NCBI GenBank assembly: GCA_934717855.1
Contig: CAKUZI010000004.1
Coordinates: 43,973 to 107,972, forward strand
Source of the DNA: an uncultured Candidatus Melainabacteria bacterium
GTDB taxonomy: Bacteria > Cyanobacteriota > Vampirovibrionia > Gastranaerophilales > Gastranaerophilaceae
Direction: 5' to 3'
Length of the DNA: 64,000 nt
In this document: in pieces, positions 9,980 to 18,674 of the stretch
Layout of the letters: every line of letters begins with the position of its first letter
Position numbering within the stretch: the stretch's first letter is position 1
The notes under the pieces: generated by a model
The model's input: the letters and a program-made list of their open reading frames with translations, nothing else
Databases searched by the model: none
Told to the model about the DNA's origin: nothing
Made by a program: the position numbers and the translations under genes

Positions 9980-10564
9980 TTAGTAATTCCCGCCTAAAAT
10001 CACGCTTTGGCATTTAAAACCGATTTCAAATAAATCTCGTTTTCTTATAGCTGTAGAAATGTCCGGTTTTTTGTTATTTGAAATCAATATGATTTTTGCA
10101 ATACTGTTTGAAAAATCATATTCTATTTTAATATTTTCGATAATTCTTTCGTGTTCTTTGTTTAGCCCATCCGCAAGTTTTAATATTCCTCCAAGACGCT
10201 TAACAATTTTTCGTTCACTTTTTTCAAGATTTTTATAATATTCGTGTTCGTTTTTGTCCGGAAGACTTCCTCTATGGTATCTTGCAATGCAGGCAATAAT
10301 TTTGGTTTCTTTTTCTGTAAATCCATCTAAGCCGTTTTCTATAATCAAGTGCATAGAGTGCTTGTTATGTCCTTTTGCTTCTATAGAATAACCTATGTCA
10401 TGCAAAAGTGAGGCTGTTTTCAAAAATTCTCGTTCTTTGGCAGACATTTCAAAAAACTTTTTAGAAACTTCTTCAAAAATAAGCATTGCAACTCTTTCCA
10501 CCTCAATTGCGTGTTCGGTGTCGGTTGAATATTTATTAAGCATCTCTTTTACGGAAAATTTCAT
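9980..10564 (-). CDS. stand-alone HD-domain protein (resembles the C-terminal HD domain of Ppx/GppA)
   Basis: 194 aa. LLHDIGYSIEAKGHNKHSMHLI and IARYHRGSLP motifs. Confidence 0.55.
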   Translation of the reverse strand: MKFSVKEMLNKYSTDTEHAIEVERVAMLIFEEVSKKFFEMSAKEREFLKTASLLHDIGYSIEAKGHNKHSMHLIIENGLDGFTEKETKIIACIARYHRGSLPDKNEHEYYKNLEKSERKIVKRLGGILKLADGLNKEHERIIENIKIEYDFSNSIAKIILISNNKKPDISTAIRKRDLFEIGFKCQSVILGGNY

Positions 10565-10597
10565 AATTTCGTATTAATTTTATCAAAAAAATGGATT

Positions 10598-11290
10598 ATG
10601 TTCAATGTTTTTGTTATGATGTTTTTGGTTATGGAAAATGTAGATTTAATAGATATGGATTTTAGTATCCCATCAGATGTTTTGGATGAAATTCAGGCGA
10701 ATATTCAAGATATTATTCAAAGTTTTGATATTCCTGATGACAATAAACTTGATGTAATAAAGAAAATAAATTTTATGTATACTCAAACTAAGCATTTGTC
10801 AGAAACTGATGCTTTGACGAAGTTGTATAACAGAAGACATTTTGAAAACAATTTTGATCGTGAGTTTGCGCGTTCAAAACGTTACGGGAATTCGTTGAGT
10901 GTCGCAATTATTGATATTGACTTTTTTAAGAAAATAAACGATACATACGGACATCTTTGTGGGGATTTTATTCTGCGGGAAGTAGCATATAAAATGATTA
11001 ACAATTTTAGGCAGACTGATTTTGTTTTTCGTTATGGTGGGGAAGAGTTTGCGGTGATTTTAACGGAAACACCTTTGCCGAATGCGAAAATTCCTCTTGA
11101 AAGATTAAGAAAACAAATAGAAAATTCTGTATTTTCATTCAACGGGGAAGACATAAAAGTTACCATTAGTGTAGGAATAAGTTCAAATACGAATTGCGAA
11201 AACGCATGGGAAATGTTTGCGAATGCCGATAAGGTTTTATATGAAGCAAAAAATTCCGGACGTAACAGGGTTAAATCTGTAGAGCAATAG
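10598..11290 (+). CDS. GGDEF-domain diguanylate cyclase
   Basis: 230 aa. RYGGEEFAVIL (GGEEF active site) and DIDFFKKINDTYGH. The precise start among several N-terminal Met is uncertain. Confidence 0.8.
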   Translation: MFNVFVMMFLVMENVDLIDMDFSIPSDVLDEIQANIQDIIQSFDIPDDNKLDVIKKINFMYTQTKHLSETDALTKLYNRRHFENNFDREFARSKRYGNSLSVAIIDIDFFKKINDTYGHLCGDFILREVAYKMINNFRQTDFVFRYGGEEFAVILTETPLPNAKIPLERLRKQIENSVFSFNGEDIKVTISVGISSNTNCENAWEMFANADKVLYEAKNSGRNRVKSVEQ

Positions 11291-11322
11291 ATTTGAATAA
11301 AAAAATAGGATAAGGTTATAGA

Positions 11323-11670
11323 ATGATTAAAAGTATTTGTAAATTATTTATAATGATGTTTTTGTTGACAGGGGTTGTTTCTGCGACTGAATATAGTCAG
11401 GTTCATGCTGAACATATTTTGGTCAGAACTGCGGTTGAGGCTCAACAAATTAAAAAAGAAATTGATAATGGAGCAAGTTTTGAAGCTTATGCAAGGGCAT
11501 ATTCTCTTTGTCCGTCAGGTAGAAATGGTGGAGATTTGGGGTATTTCGGGCATGGTCAAATGGTAAAAGAGTTTGAAAAGACTGCATTTTCAACTCCTGT
11601 CGGAGAGGTTTCAAATCCTGTATATACACAATTTGGCTGGCATTTGATTAAAGTTTTGGATAAAAGATAA
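11323..11670 (+). CDS. parvulin-type peptidyl-prolyl cis-trans isomerase (PpiC family), secreted
   Basis: 115 aa. Signal peptide, then HILVRT...GGDLGYFGHGQMVKEFE...GWHLIKV parvulin core. Confidence 0.8.
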   Translation: MIKSICKLFIMMFLLTGVVSATEYSQVHAEHILVRTAVEAQQIKKEIDNGASFEAYARAYSLCPSGRNGGDLGYFGHGQMVKEFEKTAFSTPVGEVSNPVYTQFGWHLIKVLDKR

Positions 11671-11781
11671 ACCGTCATTTTCTTGATTTATTACTTTAAT
11701 TCTTTTGTCGAAATAGTAATAATGGCGGGGTAGATACCCCGACCTACTTTTGTGTGTCCACTTTTTAGGGTATAGTTCATA

Positions 11782-11904
11782 TCCTCTCTCCAAGGGGAAG
11801 TTAGAGAATTTCATAAAAACAATTAATTAACCCCTCTCCCGAATTCGTAATACTCACCGTTGTTCGTAAACGACTTTGACCTCTTCCCTTGGAGAGGTGA
11901 AATC
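11782..11904. repeat. MITE-like palindromic element, copy 1 (about 123 bp), followed by a further partial terminal repeat to about 11950
   Basis: About 90% identical to 51626..51757. Terminal inverted motifs TCCTCTCTCCAAGGGGAAG / CTTCCCTTGGAGAGGTG. Internal AACCCCTCTCCCGAATTCG. Confidence 0.7.
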
Positions 11905-12250
11905 GGCCTAAAGTCCTCTCTCCAAGGGAGAGAGCTAGAGAGAGGGGTATAAAAAACCTAAAAACACAGATCGCGCAACTCAAAATTTCAATTTGACAAT
12001 TAATGATTTATTTTCATCTTCCGTGCGCGATGACAATATGTATTCTGGATGATTTATTAATCGCCGTTGGAATGGATTGGTTTAGCTTGACATTCTTTTA
12101 ATCTTATCCTACCCTAGTAGCATAGAGGAAATGGAGTGAACATCTTCAACTGCTGGCGCAGCCGTAATAGTCGGAATGCTCAAAACGAATTCGTTTACGC
12201 TCAGATTGAACGAAATTCTTTTAGAGCCTCTTGTAAAAGAGGACTTTTTT

Positions 12251-12934
12251 ATGTCTTTAATAGCTGTAAAATCCAATAATTCCAACAAAATTGGAACTTG
12301 TCCGCACGGACTTCCGCTGGGTGCGTGCCCTATTTGTAATGGAATGGGTGGCGGAGCTAAAAAAGCTGATTTCTCCGCAAAACCTGGTGAAATGAGTTGG
12401 AATGAATGTGCGGCTATCGGAGCGTTTTTAAAAGCCCAAAAAATGGCAAAACTTCAGCGTCAACAAGATGCACAAAATTTTGCGAATAATGTTAGGGCGT
12501 TCCAAAACGCAATGATGAATGCAAGTCAAAAATTAGCCAATATCGGCGTTTTTTTTACTAAAAACACTCCATCTGTTATAGCAAAACCTATAAACTTTGT
12601 TTTGAATACAGTTTTAGGTGGAATTGCAAGAGGAATTGCAAATCTTCCCACGACTATCTCAAATATAATTCAAACTGTCCAACAAAAACTTGCGGATATT
12701 TCAGACAAACTTACTGCAATGATTGGTGAAGTGAAAACAGCAATCGCAAAGAAAATTTCAGAAACATTCAGCGAGCTGAAAAAGAAAATAAAATCTATAT
12801 TTTCTATATTCAAACCGTTAGATGCTGATAATAATGAAAAACAAGTGGACGAAACTAAAAAAGCTTTTAAATTGAAAACTTTTATTCACGATTTGTACAA
12901 AAAATTAACTGAAAAGGAAACAAATGACGATTAG
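12251..12934 (+). CDS. hypothetical protein with an N-terminal Cys motif (CPHG..CPICNG) and a long helical region
   Basis: Start at MSLIAVK, with RBS AAGAGGAC upstream. CPHGLPLGACPICNG looks like a metal-binding knuckle. First of three tightly packed unknown genes. Confidence 0.5.
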   Translation: MSLIAVKSNNSNKIGTCPHGLPLGACPICNGMGGGAKKADFSAKPGEMSWNECAAIGAFLKAQKMAKLQRQQDAQNFANNVRAFQNAMMNASQKLANIGVFFTKNTPSVIAKPINFVLNTVLGGIARGIANLPTTISNIIQTVQQKLADISDKLTAMIGEVKTAIAKKISETFSELKKKIKSIFSIFKPLDADNNEKQVDETKKAFKLKTFIHDLYKKLTEKETNDD

Positions 12935-14411
12935 TACAACTCCGTTGCACGATGCAGAAACAATTCGACAGCAACGAAATTTAACAAAATCACAAAAACG
13001 AACAACTTCGGAAACAAAAGAGGGAGTTCTTGTAAATAATTTCATAAAGGATTGCCCTGAATGCAAGGTAAATCTTGATGATACACGCGATACTCTTGTA
13101 ATTTCCGAAAATACAAAAATGCCGTCTCGAATTTATGAAAAAGATATTTCTCCTGAAAAAAATCTTTTGCCGATTAGCGCTTTAGCAGTAGGAGTGATGG
13201 GGACAATTGCACTTTTGACGGCATTTGTAAAACATAATACAAAAATCAATTTGAAAATTGCTGATGAAAAACGTCTTCCGCCAACAACGAGAAATGTTGC
13301 GTTGAATGAAGAAACTCATCAGGCGCTTTATCAAATGATACAAAGTCCGACAAGAAAAACAATCAGAGCAGGAATTGGTGTGCTTACTCTTACCGCAATG
13401 GGGTTTATGGGAAAAACTTTTCTTGACGGGTTCAAAGAAGTTTGGGTAAAAAAGCGCGAAGCAGATATTCAAAAAAATATGCAAGAACAACTTATTGGCA
13501 TTGAAACACAAGCTTTTGGCGGGAAAATTCAAATTACACGTAGTATGTTATCAAGCAAAGCTGAAGAATTGAATATGTATTTGTCTGGAGAAAAAAAGAA
13601 AATTCTTTCAAATTTCGGTACAAAAATGCCGTTTACAGGTAAAAAATCTCAAAAGCAGAACCAATCAAATAATTTGAGTTATTTCTTGTTAGGAGCAGGA
13701 ACTCTTGCGTCAATAGTGGGGTTAGGGTTCTTGTCTATGAAAAATTTGAGTAAAAGTAATAAACTTTTGAACAATTTTATAAATAAAAAAGAAGCTTTAA
13801 TTAGGGATGTGATAAAAAATTCCTCTGATGCAACAAAAGAGGCTGATAAAAAGTTATTAGATGCATATTTTCAATCTATTGATGCTACAGAAGCGACAAT
13901 TAATGAGTATTTAAAGGATTTGAAGTGGGGCAAAGATGAAATTGCAGAATTCACTCAAAAAATGATTAAAAAATCCAAAACTTCCACAACTGCAGTAAAC
14001 GCGACAATTGGCGGTGACGGAACTCCCAAACCGGCGTTTTATTCTCACGTAAATGATTATAGGGCGTTTTTCTACAATTGGCTTTTAGATACTGACAACA
14101 AACAATTTAAGCAACTTTTCTTTGGTATAACAGGACTTACGGCTCTAAGTTATGGCGGAAAGCTTGCAGGTGATGCGATAAAAGAAGTTCAAGTGAAAAA
14201 AATTAATGCGCAAACAGAAGTAAATCTTCAAAATCGCCTTGTTTCCACAGAATTAAGAAACTTTAAATCAAAAAAAGATTCCGCAATTCAACCGCTTGTT
14301 GATGAATTTTACAAACAGGCACAAAGTGGCAAGCCGAAAGAAGAATTAAAAGTTATGGCGGATAATATTTTGTTAGAAATTAAAAACGGACCTCCGTTTG
14401 TGTATTCGTAA
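12924..14411 (+). CDS. hypothetical membrane protein (3-4 predicted TM helices)
   Basis: 495 aa. Overlaps the upstream gene by 11 nt. Hydrophobic segments LLPISALAVGVMGTIALLTAF, FLLGAGTLASIVGLGFL, LFFGITGLTALSYGG. Confidence 0.5.
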   Translation: MTISTTPLHDAETIRQQRNLTKSQKRTTSETKEGVLVNNFIKDCPECKVNLDDTRDTLVISENTKMPSRIYEKDISPEKNLLPISALAVGVMGTIALLTAFVKHNTKINLKIADEKRLPPTTRNVALNEETHQALYQMIQSPTRKTIRAGIGVLTLTAMGFMGKTFLDGFKEVWVKKREADIQKNMQEQLIGIETQAFGGKIQITRSMLSSKAEELNMYLSGEKKKILSNFGTKMPFTGKKSQKQNQSNNLSYFLLGAGTLASIVGLGFLSMKNLSKSNKLLNNFINKKEALIRDVIKNSSDATKEADKKLLDAYFQSIDATEATINEYLKDLKWGKDEIAEFTQKMIKKSKTSTTAVNATIGGDGTPKPAFYSHVNDYRAFFYNWLLDTDNKQFKQLFFGITGLTALSYGGKLAGDAIKEVQVKKINAQTEVNLQNRLVSTELRNFKSKKDSAIQPLVDEFYKQAQSGKPKEELKVMADNILLEIKNGPPFVYS

Positions 14412-14420
14412 GGAGATGAA

Positions 14421-14963
14421 ATGTATAATCTTGCAATAAATAATAATATTGTGCATTCTGCACCAAATGTTTTTCGAAACAATTTTCATCACTTGCAAAA
14501 ATCTTGTCCGATAGTTGATGAGGGTGATAAGTTTGAATACACACATTGCAAACTTCCGACAAATGATAGAAATTATACACTTGTCGATCCTAACAAAGTT
14601 AAATTCTTTGTTGCGCAAAAGGAAAATGCTTTGCCGTATTTGAACGATATTCTGTTACATTCAAATAATGAGGCTCAAGTTACCGAAACTCTTTATATTT
14701 TGGATAGAATGATAGATAACGGTACAAAAGGCATAGATAAAATGTATCCTACGTTTTCCAGATTTAATAATACGAAATCGCCAAATATTCAAACCTTTTT
14801 GGCGGGAATTTATCGAAAAACACTTGTTCCCGATGCATTTGGGCCATTAGTAAAAATGCTTATTCAAAATTCTATAAATCCTCAACCGGCACCGTTCGAT
14901 CCGAATGAAGAAATCGGGGGTGCAATATTGGAATATATTCGATTTTGGGGTTGCAAGAAATAG
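14421..14963 (+). CDS. hypothetical protein
   Basis: 180 aa. Begins 10 nt after the upstream stop, with a GGAG RBS. No recognisable motif. Confidence 0.45.
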   Translation: MYNLAINNNIVHSAPNVFRNNFHHLQKSCPIVDEGDKFEYTHCKLPTNDRNYTLVDPNKVKFFVAQKENALPYLNDILLHSNNEAQVTETLYILDRMIDNGTKGIDKMYPTFSRFNNTKSPNIQTFLAGIYRKTLVPDAFGPLVKMLIQNSINPQPAPFDPNEEIGGAILEYIRFWGCKK

Positions 14964-15107
14964 TTTATGAGCTGGTAAATTTTACTTCTAATTTTGTCTA
15001 ATGTTACAATTTGTTAATATATTCCTTTTCATGTTTAAAGTTTTTTCCAACATGTGTCGATAACCATGGAGTAAGTACAAAAGTAACGAAAGGAAGATCG
15101 ACAGCAA

Positions 15108-16139
15108 ATGGGAATGTCAGCATCACAAGCTAGATTTTTAGGTCTGACAGCCAGAAAGACAAATGTTGAGTTCGAGGGTCAACAGATTAACCAACAAAGA
15201 ACAACATTGTCTAACCAATCTGCAAATTATTATAACGATTTGCTTGGTATGGCTGTTCCAGTGCCACCGTCTGTCGACGATTACACAAAAGCTGTGTATA
15301 CTTTCGAAGACGGAGCTTTAACAAACCAAATTACAGCAATGATTGCTCAAAACGACGGTACTTATACTGTTAGTTATTTGAGAACTTGGAAAGATGATTT
15401 TTCAATGGTTTCTGCGACTACAAGTATTGTTACTACTACAGACAAAACAAATGACAATGCGTTTAAAGTAGGTTCTACAAAATTAAGAAAAATTGGGGAC
15501 AATTTAACTGATGAACTTGTCAAAAACGATAATTATTTAAAAACATTGTCAGATGATCAACTTAAAAATCTTATGAAAGAAGAAGATCAATACTTGTCAC
15601 TTCTTAGAAAAAAATATGGTGATGGCGACTATATGGTTAGATACGTCCAAAACACAACTACAGGTGAATATGAACCATATTTTTATAAGTTAGATAATTT
15701 GAAAAATGCAAACTATGACGCTAACGGCAATTCGCAATCAAATATTAATTGCTACAAAATTGGTACTGAAACAAAAACTGAAGAAGTAAAAGCGGTTAAA
15801 GATTGTAAAATTGAAAAAGACAGTTCAGGTCGTTACATCAATATTACAATTCCGGATGCGACAGGCAAAGAAGTTACTTATGCTTTGACAACATCTACTG
15901 CAACAGACCAAGCAGCTTATGATGATGCAATGAACCAATATGAATATGAAAAATATGAATACGATCAAGCAATTCAAGAAATTAATTCAAAAATTGAAAT
16001 TGTTCAATCAGAAGATAAAAACCTTGAATTGAGATTGAAACAACTTGATACAGAACAAGATGCGATTTCTACAGAAATTGATGCAGTTCAAAAAGTAATC
16101 GAAAAGAACGTTGAAAGTTCATTCAAAACATTCGGTTAA
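15108..16139 (+). CDS. paralog A of a hypothetical protein family with conserved N/C termini and a variable core
   Basis: 343 aa. N-terminus MGMSASQARFLGLTARKTN. C-terminal coiled coil ending KNVESSFKTFG. Both ends are shared with 38236..39609. Confidence 0.6.
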   Translation: MGMSASQARFLGLTARKTNVEFEGQQINQQRTTLSNQSANYYNDLLGMAVPVPPSVDDYTKAVYTFEDGALTNQITAMIAQNDGTYTVSYLRTWKDDFSMVSATTSIVTTTDKTNDNAFKVGSTKLRKIGDNLTDELVKNDNYLKTLSDDQLKNLMKEEDQYLSLLRKKYGDGDYMVRYVQNTTTGEYEPYFYKLDNLKNANYDANGNSQSNINCYKIGTETKTEEVKAVKDCKIEKDSSGRYINITIPDATGKEVTYALTTSTATDQAAYDDAMNQYEYEKYEYDQAIQEINSKIEIVQSEDKNLELRLKQLDTEQDAISTEIDAVQKVIEKNVESSFKTFG

Positions 16140-16185
16140 AAATAAATAAAAATTTTCCTTTCCCTTTTTCCTATTGATTTTCCAA

Positions 16186-16215
16186 CGACAAGCACAAAGT
16201 TTGTCGTTTTTCTTT
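16186..16215 (+). terminator. rho-independent terminator after paralog A
   Basis: ACGACAAGCACAAAGTTTGTCGT stem followed by TTTTTCTTT. Confidence 0.6.
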
Positions 16216-16265
16216 ATGTAATCTTAGAACAATATATAAAAAGGTTTTTATGCTAATATGTTAAT

Positions 16266-17261
16266 ATGAGTTTTCAAGAAAAATATTTGTCGATTTTTGA
16301 GGTTGTTAAAGATGATGTAGAAAAAGTTAAGTCGTCTTTATTTGATGGAATTGAACTTGACAATTCATTGAAGTTTAAACTTTTTGATATTCTGAACGCT
16401 CCGTCTAAACATATTCGCGCGGTTTTAACTTTTTTGTATCTCAAAACTGCAGGCATGAAAATAGATGAAAAACAAATTATTTACCAATCTGCAATTGAAT
16501 TGGTGCATAATGCGTCGCTTATTCATGATGATGTGATTGATGAAAGTTCTGTAAGGCGTTCAGTTCAGACACTGAATTCAAAGTTTGGTAACAAACTTGC
16601 GGTAATTACCGGAGATTATCTTCTTTCTGTTGCACTAAAAAAAATTAGAACTTTAGAAAATTCGAAAATTATTGATATATTTGCTCAAACACTTGATGAT
16701 ATGTGTCAAGGAGAGATTAAACAAGATTTAAGCAGGTTTAAAATTCCTACAATTGAAGAATATTTAAAAAAAACAGAACTTAAAACAGCAAAACTATTCG
16801 AAACAGCGCTTTGTGGAAGTTTTTTATTATATGGGGCGGGTGGTAGCCCCCACCTCGAAATCAGAGATTTCGGTCCTCCCGCAAGGGGTGGACATGAAGT
16901 TTCAGAAGAAGAAATAGCTGGAACTCCCCTCGCCCCAACGGGGAGAGGGTGTCACGAAGTGATGGGTGAGGGGTTCTATTGCTCAAATGTTCAAGATTTT
17001 GCGCGTAATTTTGGAATAGCTTTTCAAATTCGCGACGATTTGATTAATGCAAAAACTTCTCAAAATGATGTTAAAGATGGTATTTACACGGCTCCTGTTA
17101 TTTTTGCTGGTTCTGTTGATGATTATGAAAATGGTATTGAAAAAACTCAAATTTTGTTAAATAATTACATAGAGAGTGCGCAAAAAGAGATTGAAAAATT
17201 TGAAGAGAGTAAGTATAAAACAGCACTTACAAATCTTTTAGGACTTATTAAAAATGAATAA
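16266..17261 (+). CDS. trans-polyprenyl diphosphate synthase (IspB/IspA family) carrying an in-frame repeat-derived insertion
   Basis: 331 aa. First DDxxD motif LIHDDVIDE. Second Asp-rich region FQIRDDLIN. About 47 extra GC-rich residues (GAGGSPHLEIRDFGPPARGGHEVSEEEIAGTPLAPTGRGCHEVMGEGFY) sit between the helices that normally precede the second motif. Confidence 0.8.
   Translation: MSFQEKYLSIFEVVKDDVEKVKSSLFDGIELDNSLKFKLFDILNAPSKHIRAVLTFLYLKTAGMKIDEKQIIYQSAIELVHNASLIHDDVIDESSVRRSVQTLNSKFGNKLAVITGDYLLSVALKKIRTLENSKIIDIFAQTLDDMCQGEIKQDLSRFKIPTIEEYLKKTELKTAKLFETALCGSFLLYGAGGSPHLEIRDFGPPARGGHEVSEEEIAGTPLAPTGRGCHEVMGEGFYCSNVQDFARNFGIAFQIRDDLINAKTSQNDVKDGIYTAPVIFAGSVDDYENGIEKTQILLNNYIESAQKEIEKFEESKYKTALTNLLGLIKNE
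16836..16978. repeat. GC-rich palindromic repeat (RPE/REP-like) lying inside the polyprenyl synthase CDS
   Basis: Hairpins CCCCCACCTCGAAATCAGAGATTTCGGTCCTCCC and CCCCTCGCCCCAACGGGGAGAGGG. The first 60 nt are about 90% identical to intergenic 51798..51858. Confidence 0.7.
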
Positions 17262-17904
17262 AATTAAGGAATATATACAAAAAATAAAAGAAAATTATCT
17301 TAAGTTAAATCCAAATGTTAGAGAAGTCATAGAAACAATAGTTTTTGTGGTTGTAATGGTGATTATCATCAGGTTTTTTATTGGAGAAATTCGATGGATA
17401 CCGTCAGCGTCTATGCGCCCTACTCTAATAGAGGGTGATAGAATTGTTGTAGAACGCTTTTCTAGGTTTTATTCAAAACCAAAACGCGGAGATGTGATGG
17501 TGTTTTATCCTCCGTTTGAAAAGTTACCGAATACTCCTTGGCGAGTTTTTTCAAGATTAACAGGCTTTTTCTGCAAAGATGTTGCGTATATTAAGCGTGT
17601 AATCGGTACTCCTGGGGATAAATTTGAGATAAAAACGGATGAAGACGGTAAAAGTACTGTATACATTAATGATAAACCGTTGACAGAGCCATATATTGCG
17701 ACAAAATACTACGACAAACCTTGTACAGAAGAGATGATTTGTGGGCCTGTGATAATTCCAGAACATTCATATTTAATGATGGGCGACAATCGCGGAAATT
17801 CTTTTGACGGCCGTTGGTGGGGTTTTTTGCCCGAAGATAGATTTATCGGACGAGCAGTTGTTCTTTTCTGGCCGTTGAATAGGATTAAGTTGTTAGGTAA
17901 ATAG
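17254..17904 (+). CDS. lepB: signal peptidase I
   Basis: 216 aa. Catalytic Ser box SASMRPTL. GDRIVVERF. Conserved GDNRGNSFDGRWWGF. Confidence 0.85.
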   Translation: MNKIKEYIQKIKENYLKLNPNVREVIETIVFVVVMVIIIRFFIGEIRWIPSASMRPTLIEGDRIVVERFSRFYSKPKRGDVMVFYPPFEKLPNTPWRVFSRLTGFFCKDVAYIKRVIGTPGDKFEIKTDEDGKSTVYINDKPLTEPYIATKYYDKPCTEEMICGPVIIPEHSYLMMGDNRGNSFDGRWWGFLPEDRFIGRAVVLFWPLNRIKLLGK

Positions 17905-18110
17905 ATATTCAAATAGGGCAGATTTGAGTGAAAAGTGAGAAGTGAAACGTGAAAAAACCTTATCGTAAAACTATTACCCTTTCTCTTTGTGAGACAAAGG
18001 GAACCGCAGAGCTGTGGCGATGCGTGTGACCCTGTCCGCCTTGTGCCGAGGGAGCAGTTGTTCGTGAGCATCGGCGAACGTTACAAATTCGGGAGAGGGT
18101 TCCTGCTTTG
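17905..18110. repeat. composite GC-rich repeat region
   Basis: Contains the TGAAAAGTGAGAAGTGAAACGTGAAAA motif (inverse of 45420..45445), hairpin CCCTTTCTCTTTGTGAGACAAAGGG, and AATTCGGGAGAGGG (inverse of the MITE core at 11838). Local GC is far above the genome average. Confidence 0.5.
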
Positions 18111-18116
18111 CAATAT

Positions 18117-18503
18117 TTACATTAACATATGATAGTATTTCATATAATCTGCCATAATTTGTGAGCTTGTTGCGTTTGCAACTGTTGCTTTTAGCTCTTG
18201 CTGGCTATCTGTTTCGGCAGTTTTTTGAACTTTTTCAGTTTCTTTATTCGTTGGGGCATTTTGTTGAATTTTTTCTTGTTCTTGAAGTTGTGCCGCATAC
18301 TCAGCAACGGCAGCTTTCATTTCTTCGCGAAGCGCTTTGTCTCCGGAATATGAACCTGTAGATTTAATCCCGTTTTCTTGAAATTCGCCGAGAATTTCAG
18401 ACCATTCATTATAATTTGTAATCGAAGAACCTTGCGCTTGTGCAGCTGCTTGTGCTTTTTTAAGTTCGTCTTCTGATTGAATTCCGTCAATTTTTATTGC
18501 CAT
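18117..18503 (-). CDS. hypothetical protein (Gln/Ala/Glu-rich)
   Basis: 128 aa ORF convergent with the repeat region. No motif recognised. Confidence 0.4.
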   Translation of the reverse strand: MAIKIDGIQSEDELKKAQAAAQAQGSSITNYNEWSEILGEFQENGIKSTGSYSGDKALREEMKAAVAEYAAQLQEQEKIQQNAPTNKETEKVQKTAETDSQQELKATVANATSSQIMADYMKYYHMLM

Positions 18504-18674
18504 AATAAAACCCTCAATATATTATTCTCTTAATGATATTAAGTATATTATTCCCGCCGAATTTCAGGAAATACAAAATTTGTAATAATTTTTAATAATC
18601 AGAATTTGTTCTTTAAAAATATTGGAAAATATGCTAGAGTATAAAGGTAAATATTAAATTTTGGAGGGTGTTTT

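Noticed and set aside
15108-16139. Whether the conserved-termini family is flagellin, FlgK or FlgL.
   Set aside because: The N-terminal block does not match flagellin D0 (LSSGLRINSAKDDAAG) or the hook-associated protein consensus. No other flagellar genes are in the window. Kept as an unknown family with flagellin-like architecture only.
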